Below are positions 1 to 9,555 of a stretch of DNA of 64,000 nucleotides, piece after piece (within the stretch, counting starts at the first letter, position 1; every line of letters starts with the position of its first letter). The translations under genes were made by a program, and so were the position numbers. Source of the DNA: a virus (taxonomy: Duplodnaviria > Caudoviricetes); the IMG/VR virus record IMGVR_UViG_3300037851_000141, positions 128,001 to 192,000 of that record. The stretch is one strand, 5' to 3'. The notes below the pieces were generated by a model. The model worked only from the letters and a program-made list of their open reading frames with translations. It had not been told where the DNA came from and made no database searches.

Positions 1-1611
1 GAAAAGCTAAAAGATCATAATGGCGAAAAATTACATAAAGGTCGTCAAACAATATTTAAGATTTTATTGAATTCCTGTTACGGATATTTGGGTAGTATAT
101 ATTCCAGATTCTATGAAAAAGATAATGCCCTAGCGGTTACTGCCACTGGTCAAGAAATTATTAAATGTGCTATGGATTCAATCAATACCTATTTCCAAAA
201 CTGGCATAATACAGAACTTGGTAAAAAACTAAAAGCTGTAAGTATAGAAAACACAGTGACTTACGGGGACACAGATTCGGTTGTTTCTAATATGGAGTTG
301 AGATTAGATAACGGAGAAATTATTACAATATCTGATCTTTTCAATACTATGATGCGAGATGAACCAGACTCATATAAGATACATTATACTGGTGAGAGAG
401 AGTTTATTTTTCCTAAGAAGTTGAAATTACCATATTATGATAACCATGAAATAAAATACGGTAGAGTTCAATATATCGAACGACATCATGTGTCTAAACC
501 AATATTTAGGATAAAATCTAAGAGTGGCAAATATATTGATGTTACTGCTGATCATTCATGTATGGTATTAGAAAATGGGCAACTTAAAGAAAAGAAGGCT
601 ATTGATATTAGGCCAGGGGACAAAATTATAACAATTAATATTCCATTTGATTGTCAGATAGAAGAAGTTGAATCAGTTGAATATCTTAATTCTGACCCTC
701 AATATGTGTTTGATGTTGGAATGGAAGACACTCCACATACATTTTTTGCTAATGATATTCTCGTACATAACTCTTTATATATTAATGCTGGTCGGGTCTT
801 GGATGCTATTGGATATAAAGATAAAGATAATATAGAAAAGACATCCAAGTTTATTGACGAAAAAATATGTAAAATATTCGTTCAAGTAATTAATAAAAAT
901 GAAGAACATGTTGCTAAAGTCAGAATGAATTGTCCAGAATGTAAGATTTCGTTTAAGCGTGAAATGATTTGTCGTAGAGCAATATTCCTATCAAAGAAAC
1001 ATTATGCTGCTTGGATTATAATTGGTGAAAATGGTCCGGTAGCTGATGGTGATCCTCATGAGATAGAAGTTAAAGGTTTGGAATCAGTAAAATCTTCTAC
1101 TCCACAGATTATCAGAAAATATCTCAAACAATTTTACAAGTCTATTCTTAAGGTACACGACGAAATTGAAGTTAATAAAATAGTAAAGAAAATGTATACT
1201 GACTTAACTAATATGAAACCCGAAGAGTTTGCCAAGATAAGCAGCGCAAACAATATTGAAAAATACACTCTTCCAACTGGCGATTCTGCTACTGGAACAC
1301 CATTTCATATTAAAGGATGTATAGGGTTTAATAATCTTATTCGTAGATCAAATATGTCAGATTCTATTGAAAAAATATTTGAGGGCGATAAAGTAAAATG
1401 TGTTTATATTAAAGGTTGTACTAAATTCAGCGATTATCCTTATCAAGTTGTGTCATTCAAAGATAAGCTTCCCTCAGAATTTGGCTTTATTGTTGATTAT
1501 GAAACAAATATCAATAAAGTATTCGTAGAACCAATCAAACAATTCTATGAAGTACTAAAATGGAATCTACCGTCATTTACCACCGAAGATATCACCGAAT
1601 TCTTCTCATAA
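1..1611 (+). CDS. 43: Family B DNA polymerase (T4 gp43-like), C-terminal part; 5'-truncated by window edge; contains a mini-intein
   Basis: Frame 1 is open from base 1 (..KILLNSCYGYLG, motif B); YGDTD|S motif C is split by an intein; downstream SKKHYA and EVKGLE palm/thumb motifs. Confidence 0.95.
   Translation, partial: EKLKDHNGEKLHKGRQTIFKILLNSCYGYLGSIYSRFYEKDNALAVTATGQEIIKCAMDSINTYFQNWHNTELGKKLKAVSIENTVTYGDTDSVVSNMELRLDNGEIITISDLFNTMMRDEPDSYKIHYTGEREFIFPKKLKLPYYDNHEIKYGRVQYIERHHVSKPIFRIKSKSGKYIDVTADHSCMVLENGQLKEKKAIDIRPGDKIITINIPFDCQIEEVESVEYLNSDPQYVFDVGMEDTPHTFFANDILVHNSLYINAGRVLDAIGYKDKDNIEKTSKFIDEKICKIFVQVINKNEEHVAKVRMNCPECKISFKREMICRRAIFLSKKHYAAWIIIGENGPVADGDPHEIEVKGLESVKSSTPQIIRKYLKQFYKSILKVHDEIEVNKIVKKMYTDLTNMKPEEFAKISSANNIEKYTLPTGDSATGTPFHIKGCIGFNNLIRRSNMSDSIEKIFEGDKVKCVYIKGCTKFSDYPYQVVSFKDKLPSEFGFIVDYETNINKVFVEPIKQFYEVLKWNLPSFTTEDITEFFS
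277..771 (+). mobile_element. Mini-intein (165 aa, no homing endonuclease) at the Pol-c site
   Basis: Insert begins with Ser directly after YGDTD, has block B (VTADHS) and block F/G (VFDVGM..HTFFANDILVHN), followed by +1 Ser; removal restores YGDTDSLY. Confidence 0.92.
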
Positions 1612-1623
1612 AAAAGGAACCCC

Positions 1624-1785
1624 ATGAGTATTAACATCGAAAATATGCCAGATGTCCTTGCTATCATACAGGTTAGGGACGGTAAGATTGTTTTGGATAT
1701 TGATGATAAAAAGATTGAAAAGGACGAATTAATGGTTATAATATCTCAACTACTTACAACCTATCTACAACAAAAAGGAGAATAA
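1624..1785 (+). CDS. Small hypothetical protein (53 aa), absent from ORF track
   Basis: ATG 1624 after AAAAGGAA, open to TAA 1783-1785; fills the gap between polymerase and uvsX. Confidence 0.6.
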   Translation: MSINIENMPDVLAIIQVRDGKIVLDIDDKKIEKDELMVIISQLLTTYLQQKGE

Positions 1786-1786
1786 G

Positions 1787-2917
1787 ATGGCTAAGAGTGA
1801 ATCTGATAAACAGAAAAAGAACGCACTTGATTTTATTAAGAACTTCCAAAAGACAAATGGACTTGCTTCTGTATTGAGCGAATCTAAATTAAGCAACATT
1901 CGTGACTATATTAGTACCGGATCATATATACTTAATCGTGTTATAAGTGGTTCATATTTCAAGGGTTGGCCCAATAATAGAATCATGGTAATCGCTGGTG
2001 CAAACTCAACAGGTAAGACTTACGTATGCCTTAGTACTGCCAGAGAAGCGCAGAAAAAGGGTTGGCAAGTTGTTTATTTTGACTCAGAAAACGCAGTTGA
2101 TGCTGATTTCGCACGTAATATTGGTGTTGATCCAGAAACTATGCTTCATATTCCAGTAAAAACAATTTCTCAATTCCGAAATGAAGCAGTTAAGTTGATG
2201 CGTGAATGGCGAGCAAATGAAGCAACTAAAGATATACCAATGATAATGTTCTGCGACTCTATTGGTAACTTATCTGGTACTAAAGAAATGAATGACGTTG
2301 AAGCAAGTAAAGATGCCTCTGATATGGGCCAACGAGCAAAAGAGTTAAGAGCCTGTGCGCGTATTTTAACCATGGAATGTGCCGAAAACGAAGTTCCTCT
2401 TATTGCTACTAACCACACATATGAACAGCAAAATATGATGGGCGCTCCTACTATTAAAATGGGTGGTGGTGAAGGATTTGCTTACGCTACCTCTGGAATT
2501 CTTATTCTCCAGAAGAAAGTTGTTAATGATGACACTGGAGAGAAAGATTCTGAAGGTCGCAAGATCGTAAATAAGAGTGGCACCATTGTTATTGCTACAT
2601 CAGAAAAGAATAGATTAGTACCATTCGGAAGTCGTGGTTATGCTTATATTGACTTCCGTAAAGGATTAGTACCTCTTTATGGGTTATTGGATGATGCCTT
2701 AAAGTATGGATTAATTGAACAATCTGGTGCTTGGTACACTGTAAAAGGTGTCGAAAAGAAATTCAGAGAAAAAGAGTTATATACAAAAGAGGTCTGGCAG
2801 CCAATTATCAAAGAACTTAATGAAAAGGTTATGGCCGATAATAAGTTCTCTCAATATGATGATTCTGCTATTCCAGACTTTGTACTTGACGAGGAAGAAC
2901 AAAAAGAAGTCGAATGA
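1787..2917 (+). CDS. uvsX: RecA/UvsX-like recombinase
   Basis: STGSYILNRVISG, Walker A GANSTGKT, YFDSENA, DSIGNL, KMGGG motifs. Confidence 0.93.
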   Translation: MAKSESDKQKKNALDFIKNFQKTNGLASVLSESKLSNIRDYISTGSYILNRVISGSYFKGWPNNRIMVIAGANSTGKTYVCLSTAREAQKKGWQVVYFDSENAVDADFARNIGVDPETMLHIPVKTISQFRNEAVKLMREWRANEATKDIPMIMFCDSIGNLSGTKEMNDVEASKDASDMGQRAKELRACARILTMECAENEVPLIATNHTYEQQNMMGAPTIKMGGGEGFAYATSGILILQKKVVNDDTGEKDSEGRKIVNKSGTIVIATSEKNRLVPFGSRGYAYIDFRKGLVPLYGLLDDALKYGLIEQSGAWYTVKGVEKKFREKELYTKEVWQPIIKELNEKVMADNKFSQYDDSAIPDFVLDEEEQKEVE

Positions 2918-2936
2918 TGTAAATAAAATACAAAAT

Positions 2937-2970
2937 AGGGGCAGCCTCTTAGATGCGGTTGCCCTTTTTT
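2937..2970 (+). terminator. Intrinsic terminator after uvsX
   Basis: GGGCAGCC/GGTTGCCC stem followed by a T-run. Confidence 0.7.
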
Positions 2971-2987
2971 GTATCCTCAAATAGTTG

Positions 2988-3016
2988 TTGCTTTTAGGAC
3001 TAAACCACATTATAAT
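2988..3016 (+). promoter_or_regulatory. Sigma70-type promoter for the helicase operon
   Basis: TTGCTT-N17-TATAAT upstream of RBS GAGG and ATG 3034. Confidence 0.65.
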
Positions 3017-3033
3017 ATAGGTCGAGGAATTAA

Positions 3034-4467
3034 ATGGACTTTCAAGGATTTGATACAGATAAGATAGAAAATTACATTGTTAAGAATCTGTTAATAGATG
3101 ACCAATATTCAAGATATTTTGTCTCGAAATTATCATCAAAGATTTTCTCAGCAAAATACCAATCAATACTAAAAGGTTATCTTTGGTACTATAAGAAATA
3201 TAATAAGATTCCTCCAGTAAATATATTAGTGGATAAAATAATTCCAGCAGTTTGTAAGAGCAATGAAGCTGAAAGTGATAAATGTAAAGATGTAATAACT
3301 GGCTTAGAACGAATTGAATTTGATAATAAATCGGCCCATGAGTGGATATATGATGAAACCAAGAAATTTATAAAGACAAGAACTATCATCAATGCCATGG
3401 TCCAGTGTTTTGATCATATTGAGAAACAAGATCATGAATCTGTTGTTACTATTATGGAAGATGCGTTTAAGCTTGATTTTGATGATTCATTTGGTCATGA
3501 TTATTTTGATGACATGGAGATTCGCCAGTCTAAAGAAACTGATAATAGAACGATTTCGACTGGTATTCCAACTCTTGATCGGTTATTGGGTGGCGGATAT
3601 CGTAAAAAGACATTCTTCGTGTGGGCTGGTCCAAGTGGAAGTGGAAAAACCGCATTCTTAAATGATGGTGCCGTATCTGTAGCATTAGAAGGTTACAATG
3701 TTTTATATTTATCATTAGAATTATCAGAAGATTACATTGCTGCCCGTGCTGATGCTAATTTTGCTGAAGTTTCTATGGACCAAATAAATGTAAATAATAA
3801 GATTGCTATTGAGAAGGCTATTAAGAAAAGAGATTCCTATAAGAAAAATGGTAAAAAGCTTGGCAAGTTGATTTATAAAGAATATCCACCAAATGCTATA
3901 TGTGCGATGGATATAGAAGCATTAATAAAATCATTTGAGACTAAACGAGGACTTAAGTTTGATTTTGTTGTTGTTGACTATCTAAAACTTGTTAAACCTA
4001 ATGGTCGTGCCTTTGCTGATAATACATATGGAAGAATTGGTACTGTCTGCGAAGAATTGCGTGGAATAGCAAGTAAATATAACATTTGTTTATTAACTGC
4101 TGCTCAAACTGGCAGACAATCATATAATTCAGCTTCCATTGGTGTTGAAGATGTATCAGATTCACTTGGGATTGTTCAAGCTGCTGATGCTATAGTTACT
4201 ATTCAACAAACTAAAGATATGAAGGAAGACGGTCTGGTGCTATTGAATATTGGCAAATCTCGCTTTACAAAGAGTGAATCAACGTTAATGGTCAAGTTTG
4301 ATTCTAATTATATGCGTATCATAGATGTGTCGGAGGGGTCTGAACACATCAATCACATAAACCAAGTTAAATCCACAAGTGAAACGAAAGGTAAGCAACA
4401 TGGGGCTAAATCCATAGAGGACATAGAAAATGAGGCGACCGAAGATATCCAAGAACTTGACATTTGA
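3034..4467 (+). CDS. 41: DnaB-like replicative helicase (T4 gp41-like)
   Basis: ISTGIPTLDRLLGGG, Walker A GPSGSGKT, YLSLEL, VVVDYL, TAAQTGR, VSDSLGI motifs. Confidence 0.93.
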   Translation: MDFQGFDTDKIENYIVKNLLIDDQYSRYFVSKLSSKIFSAKYQSILKGYLWYYKKYNKIPPVNILVDKIIPAVCKSNEAESDKCKDVITGLERIEFDNKSAHEWIYDETKKFIKTRTIINAMVQCFDHIEKQDHESVVTIMEDAFKLDFDDSFGHDYFDDMEIRQSKETDNRTISTGIPTLDRLLGGGYRKKTFFVWAGPSGSGKTAFLNDGAVSVALEGYNVLYLSLELSEDYIAARADANFAEVSMDQINVNNKIAIEKAIKKRDSYKKNGKKLGKLIYKEYPPNAICAMDIEALIKSFETKRGLKFDFVVVDYLKLVKPNGRAFADNTYGRIGTVCEELRGIASKYNICLLTAAQTGRQSYNSASIGVEDVSDSLGIVQAADAIVTIQQTKDMKEDGLVLLNIGKSRFTKSESTLMVKFDSNYMRIIDVSEGSEHINHINQVKSTSETKGKQHGAKSIEDIENEATEDIQELDI

Positions 4468-4765
4468 AGAAATAGGTCAAGAATTAGACATATCACCACA
4501 ACAAGTTCATAAAATTGAAAAGGAAGCGTTTAACAAAGTGTTTCAGGGTTTATTGACTCTTGAAAAATATAATCCAGTTGAAATAGTTTCTTTTATATGT
4601 AATTATTTTGGCATTCAACCAGATCAATTTATGAAGAAACTTGATAAGAAAAATAAAGAAAAATTATTAACCTATATTAGTTCAGAATACGAGAAATACG
4701 TTCCAGGAATTACTGAAGCTATTCGTGATCGTTCTTATGATTGTATTGAGGAACTTATTCGATGA
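4430..4765 (+). CDS. Small protein with sigma-70 region-4-like HTH
   Basis: LTFEEIGQELDISPQQVHKIEKEAFNK matches the sigma region 4 pattern; RBS AGAGGA. Confidence 0.6.
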   Translation: MRRPKISKNLTFEEIGQELDISPQQVHKIEKEAFNKVFQGLLTLEKYNPVEIVSFICNYFGIQPDQFMKKLDKKNKEKLLTYISSEYEKYVPGITEAIRDRSYDCIEELIR

Positions 4766-5364
4766 CTGGATATGAGATTTATTGTTATTGTAGGGCTTTG
4801 ATTCGTCGTAATAGGCCATCAGAGGACTCCTATAATCAATCTCATGTTTCAAGTTATTATAATATGTTAAGTGAATATCTGACTAATAAACTTAAATTGT
4901 CTGATAAAGAATCCAAAGATTTTATACGATGTAATTATGCTAAAGATGAGGATAACTTCAATCCATTTTCTTTAATAAATGAGGACTGTTTGGATATATA
5001 TAATAGGTGGAAGGTAAAGGCAACAAATAAGTTTCTTTACTACGAAGATGTCCTTAATGGGATACGATTCATTGAAAATTTTTGTATAGGTAGGAACATA
5101 AGTTTTGATGAGTATGTCCAAAAATTTTCAGCAAAGCATATAAGAGAAAATAAGTTTGATTGGGCTATTGCTGTATATTGTAATATGGTAGATGTCGAAG
5201 GTTTGAAGAAGGTCGAAAAAATTCTCTTGAAAAAATTTTTATCTCAGTATAATATTATCAAGCAACGTCTGAATAACGGAGAGTTGGTTAATATAATAAA
5301 TGAAAGAATTCTCCAAATGAAACATTTACTGAGCCAATACAAAGTAAACCAAGTAATCAAGTAA
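4762..5364 (+). CDS. 59: Probable helicase loader (gp59-like)
   Basis: N-terminus MTGYEIYCYCRAL resembles gp59 homologues; ~200 aa; lies directly upstream of gene 32 as in T4. Confidence 0.55.
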   Translation: MTGYEIYCYCRALIRRNRPSEDSYNQSHVSSYYNMLSEYLTNKLKLSDKESKDFIRCNYAKDEDNFNPFSLINEDCLDIYNRWKVKATNKFLYYEDVLNGIRFIENFCIGRNISFDEYVQKFSAKHIRENKFDWAIAVYCNMVDVEGLKKVEKILLKKFLSQYNIIKQRLNNGELVNIINERILQMKHLLSQYKVNQVIK

Positions 5365-5410
5365 CTAAGTATGAACTCAAGTAATCAAGTAAGCCTAGTA
5401 CTCAAGTAAG
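5342..5410 (+). repeat. Array of 7 AAGTA plus 1 TAGTA units in the gene 32 leader; candidate autogenous translational operator
   Basis: Units spaced 7-12 nt apart, running up to the RBS AAGGAG. Confidence 0.7.
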
Positions 5411-5423
5411 AAAGGAGAACATC

Positions 5424-6425
5424 ATGGCTTTTCAGTCAATCAAATCCCAATTCGCTAAGGTAAAAGAATCCTTGGCAAACGAAGAGAAAAAAGGTTCCAA
5501 AGAAGGAGGCTTTTCAAACTCTTGGGAATTTAAACCAAAGATCATAAATGGCAAAGACGCCGAATTTAAGATCAGATTCCTACCAATCGAAACCCCAACT
5601 GGTCGTCCATGGGTTGAAATTCGTTATCACATGTTTGAGCGTTCCGGTGATAACAAATATATCAAGTGTATAGATCCTCGTACTTTTGATACTAAAGCCC
5701 CAAATCCAATTGCTGATAAAGGTTGGCAGTTATACAAGAGCGATAATCCCTTGGATAAAGACATGGCATCAAAATTCATGTCCAAACGTCGTTATTTCAC
5801 CCTTGTCTATGTAAAATCCGCTCCAGAAGATCAAAAGCAATTCGAAGGTAAAGTTCTTGTATATGAGGCTGGTACTCAGGTTTATAACAAGATGAAGGTT
5901 GCTATGGAGAAGTTCAACCTGTGTTTCTACGATCCATTTGAAGGCACAGATTTTATCCTCTCAATCAAGGAAACTGGAACCAAGGCTCGTAAATATCCTT
6001 CATACTTAGAGAGTGATTTCATCAGAGAAAATGGTCCAATTGCTGATACTGATGAAGAAATGGAGCGTATAGAGGCTGAGATTAAGAAGATTGATATCAA
6101 GAGTCTCATTATCGGAAAAGATAAAATTCCTAGTGAGAAACAACTTCTGGAATATCTTGATGGTGGGTTAAAATCAATTACTACCGACATTGATAATTCA
6201 GAAGAAATTGTTGTCTCTGATGATAACATGGTTGAAGTGGATACCGTTGAGGAAGCACCAAAGAAACCGACTCCTGCTCCTCAAGCTAAAGCCACCCCAA
6301 CTAAACCCCAACCTCAAAAGCCCGTAGCCGCGCAACCAAAACCTGCTGCTGCTCCAGTCCAAGAGGAAGAGGCTAAAGTTGACGATATTGATATTAACTT
6401 CGATGATATCAATATAGACGAATGA
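5424..6425 (+). CDS. 32: Single-stranded DNA binding protein (gp32-like)
   Basis: IRFLP..PW..H, FYDPFEG.DF.L, YPSYLESDF motifs; Pro/Ala linker and acidic C-terminal tail. Confidence 0.9.
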   Translation: MAFQSIKSQFAKVKESLANEEKKGSKEGGFSNSWEFKPKIINGKDAEFKIRFLPIETPTGRPWVEIRYHMFERSGDNKYIKCIDPRTFDTKAPNPIADKGWQLYKSDNPLDKDMASKFMSKRRYFTLVYVKSAPEDQKQFEGKVLVYEAGTQVYNKMKVAMEKFNLCFYDPFEGTDFILSIKETGTKARKYPSYLESDFIRENGPIADTDEEMERIEAEIKKIDIKSLIIGKDKIPSEKQLLEYLDGGLKSITTDIDNSEEIVVSDDNMVEVDTVEEAPKKPTPAPQAKATPTKPQPQKPVAAQPKPAAAPVQEEEAKVDDIDINFDDINIDE

Positions 6426-6436
6426 TAAAAAATAAG

Positions 6437-6465
6437 TTGTAAATCTGAGTAAACCCCGGTATAAT
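6437..6465 (+). promoter_or_regulatory. Sigma70-type promoter for rmlB, overlapping the gene 32 terminator hairpin
   Basis: TTGTAA-N17-TATAAT. Confidence 0.55.
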
Positions 6466-6488
6466 AGTGTATCGGGGTTTACTTGTTT
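6449..6488 (+). terminator. Terminator-like hairpin after gene 32
   Basis: GTAAACCCCGGTA/TATCGGGGTTTAC 13-bp stem followed by TTGTTTT. Confidence 0.7.
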
Positions 6489-6501
6489 TATAAGGAATTT
6501 T

Positions 6502-7497
6502 ATGTCTGAAACTCTTATATTAACTGGATGTGCTGGATTCATTGGGTTAAATTTTCTCAATACATTAACATATGATGGATTAAGAGAAAAATTTAGTAGA
6601 ATCATAACCATTGATAAACTTGGTTACGCCACCCAATATAACAGAGAACAATACTCAAAATGCTGCTTCGTTCTTGATTTAGAAAGATTTGACCTTAGTA
6701 TAAAAGATGTTTACCAAAATAAACTTCTAAAATTTGATTCAACTGAGAAAATAACTGTACTATCATTCGCATCAGAAAGTCACGTAGATCGTTCAATCAA
6801 TACACCATCAGAAATATATATTGAAAATGTCGAAATTCCAGCTTATCTATTACAATCGATTCCATTATCACAAATATCCACATATTACCACATAAGTACT
6901 GATGAGGTCTATGGTAGTATTCCTCTTGATAAAATAACTGATAAAAATAACTGGTTCACCACATCAACGCAATATAACCCAGGAAACCCATATGCTGCTT
7001 CTAAACTCGCTCAAGATGCGTATTTATTATCCATGTCACATACTTTCGGTTTACCTCTTAGAATTCTGCGCCTTGCTAATCAATTTGGCTGCTATCAACA
7101 TTTAGAAAAAATGATTCCAGCATCCATTACCAGAGTCTTGAATGGCACTTCAATAAAAGTATATGGTGCTGGTACAAATATGAGACAATGGACTTGGGTT
7201 GAAACCACAGCAGAAATAATAAAACAAATAATATTCAACGGAACTTCAAATCTTATTACACACATTGCCGATGAACGATTCCTATTTGATAATAATTATG
7301 TTGCTAAAATGATGTTAAGAATACTTGGAGCAAAAGGTATATATGGTAAAATTGAATATATACCAGATAGATTGGGACATGATTCGGCGTATGCTCTTGT
7401 TGTAAATAATGAAGTCTTGGGTAAATATATTGACTCGTTTGAACTTATGTTAAATAAAACAATTGATTATTATATAGCTCAAAATAAAAAGGAATAA
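6502..7497 (+). CDS. rmlB: dTDP-glucose 4,6-dehydratase (RmlB-like)
   Basis: TGCAGFIG, IDKLGYA, FASESHVDRSI, ISTDEVYG, YAASK, FGCYQHLEKMIP. Confidence 0.92.
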   Translation: MSETLILTGCAGFIGLNFLNTLTYDGLREKFSRIITIDKLGYATQYNREQYSKCCFVLDLERFDLSIKDVYQNKLLKFDSTEKITVLSFASESHVDRSINTPSEIYIENVEIPAYLLQSIPLSQISTYYHISTDEVYGSIPLDKITDKNNWFTTSTQYNPGNPYAASKLAQDAYLLSMSHTFGLPLRILRLANQFGCYQHLEKMIPASITRVLNGTSIKVYGAGTNMRQWTWVETTAEIIKQIIFNGTSNLITHIADERFLFDNNYVAKMMLRILGAKGIYGKIEYIPDRLGHDSAYALVVNNEVLGKYIDSFELMLNKTIDYYIAQNKKE

Positions 7498-7498
7498 T

Positions 7499-8788
7499 AT
7501 GGATACCGTAGCTTTTACCAGAGTAGAATCCTTTTTTGATAATGCTGTTCAAATTGATGAAATAAAAGAATATGGTGATGATCGTGGGTTTGTATCAGAA
7601 GTTTGGCGCTTAGATGATGATCAATATAACCAAGCAACTCCAAAAATGTGCTATTATTCTCATACTCAACCGTTTATTATGAGAGGTCCACATGAACATA
7701 CCACCCAAGTAGATTTCTTCATTACTATAAAATCCCAAATGTTATATATGTTTGTAAAAGGTGATAAAGCCAATTTCTTCATAACAAATCCAAATAAAAT
7801 ATATCGTGTAAAAGTTGGAAATGGTATAATCCACTCATATAGAAATATCTCAACCGCACAAACTGCCGTAACTGCCAACTTCCCTTCATCATTGTTCAAA
7901 GGACCAAACAAATCCGAACCAATTGATGAAAAACGATATGAACCAGAGATAGAAAAGAATAAAAATATATATGTTCTTGGTGCTGGTGGTAGATTAGGTA
8001 ATGCTGTATTTACTTCTCTATTACAAGACATGGGATTTCATAAATATAACGTCATTCCTGTCTTTGATAAGTTTGATGATAAATCCATTGAAAAATTGCT
8101 TGACCTTATATCACATAATAAGTTTAGAACAGAAAATGACGTAATTATAAACTGTATCGGTAAAACAAATGTTCAAGAGTCTGGTTCTGATTTTATGTTG
8201 GGCAATTTCATCATTCCAAGAATACTAACTAACTTTGCTATTACAGAGAAAATACATTTAGTTCACTTCTCAACAGATTACGTATATCAAACTGGCAATA
8301 TAAGCGAATATACTAAATCTAAAAAATCATATGAGTCTTGGATTGAAACTCTTTACGAATCTCAATTTCAATACTATCCCGAATTACAAAAATATTTACA
8401 TGTAATTCGTGTCGCCAACCTATTCTCCCAAGCAAAAACTGATGTACATAATGCCGTAAATAAAATAATTTCAGCTTATCAAAAAGGCCCACTCAATATA
8501 GTAGAAAACTCGTCAATAATGTTAACCGACGTTGCTCATATAGCTGATTTCATTAGTAAAAAATATATACACTCAATCACAGATTACCCTCAATTTATAA
8601 ACATATCAGGTAAATGCTATACTATTGAACATGTTATAAAAGAATTGTTTGGAGTAACTGATGCTAAATTCAACTATATTACCGAACCAAAAGTAATCAA
8701 TAACCCTCACTTGTTCCTAAATCGGTCAAATTATTATCAGTTGGATTGTGATTCTGCTATAAAAGAAAAGGCTAAAAATGCCAGATGA
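7499..8788 (+). CDS. Fused RmlC-like cupin epimerase and RmlD-like SDR reductase
   Basis: N-terminal GDDRGFVSE and MRGPHEH (RmlC); C-terminal VLGAGGRLG, HFSTDYVY, YTKSK (RmlD). Confidence 0.8.
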   Translation: MDTVAFTRVESFFDNAVQIDEIKEYGDDRGFVSEVWRLDDDQYNQATPKMCYYSHTQPFIMRGPHEHTTQVDFFITIKSQMLYMFVKGDKANFFITNPNKIYRVKVGNGIIHSYRNISTAQTAVTANFPSSLFKGPNKSEPIDEKRYEPEIEKNKNIYVLGAGGRLGNAVFTSLLQDMGFHKYNVIPVFDKFDDKSIEKLLDLISHNKFRTENDVIINCIGKTNVQESGSDFMLGNFIIPRILTNFAITEKIHLVHFSTDYVYQTGNISEYTKSKKSYESWIETLYESQFQYYPELQKYLHVIRVANLFSQAKTDVHNAVNKIISAYQKGPLNIVENSSIMLTDVAHIADFISKKYIHSITDYPQFINISGKCYTIEHVIKELFGVTDAKFNYITEPKVINNPHLFLNRSNYYQLDCDSAIKEKAKNAR

Positions 8789-9507
8789 CCGCAGATTATC
8801 AGAAATTTGAGATTATATTCGATGCTGATGGGGTTCCAGTTACTCTTTTTGAGATTGAAAACTGGTGGGCAAACGCTAATGTCAATCAGAGGCGAGGATT
8901 ACTAAGTCCAGATTTGGGTGATGATGCTCGTATAAAAATTGCTCAACGAATAGTACAAGAGTTGCGACAAAGATTTAGTAAAGAACAACTCGAAATAATC
9001 CGAAGCTTTGAACGACAAAAAATAAAAGTAAAACATAATTGGGAAGCATATAAACCAAATTCAAGGATTGGTTATGATAGCGATCTTGAAAGTATAAAGA
9101 AAAAAGATTTTGAGTTTTACAGTGGAGAGACATATGAACATAATCAACCTCAATATACTCCACCAGTTCCACCACGACCGCCTGATCTAAATCCAATTCC
9201 AGATGGCGATATCTTTACTGCCGCAATGAGAAAAGCCAATGAAAAACTAAGAAGAGAACAGGAACAAATAAGGGCAAGAGAACGTTATCAACAATGGCAA
9301 AGGCAACAAGCTGAACTTAATAAGCCAAAAGAACCAAAACGGACTTGGCAGGATGTTCTTGGTCTTCCTGGTAAAGTATCCATAGAACAGCTAAATAAAG
9401 CCTTCCGTGATCTGGCTAAGAAAAATCACCCTGACGTTGGTGGTTCTGAAGAAAAGATGAAAGAACTTATTGATGCCAGAAATCAGGCGTTAAAAGAAAT
9501 TGGTTGA
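8785..9507 (+). CDS. Protein with C-terminal J domain
   Basis: WQDVLGL..AFRDLAKKNHPDVGGSEEKMKEL with an intact HPD. Confidence 0.85.
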   Translation: MTADYQKFEIIFDADGVPVTLFEIENWWANANVNQRRGLLSPDLGDDARIKIAQRIVQELRQRFSKEQLEIIRSFERQKIKVKHNWEAYKPNSRIGYDSDLESIKKKDFEFYSGETYEHNQPQYTPPVPPRPPDLNPIPDGDIFTAAMRKANEKLRREQEQIRARERYQQWQRQQAELNKPKEPKRTWQDVLGLPGKVSIEQLNKAFRDLAKKNHPDVGGSEEKMKELIDARNQALKEIG

Positions 9508-9555
9508 ATAGTTAAATCCATTGGTTATAATTTTAGGCTAAATAAGGGATTCATA

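Noticed and set aside
5342-5410. CRISPR-like or iteron array
   Set aside because: Units are only 5-6 nt with no spacers; the position at the gene 32 RBS fits a translational operator better.
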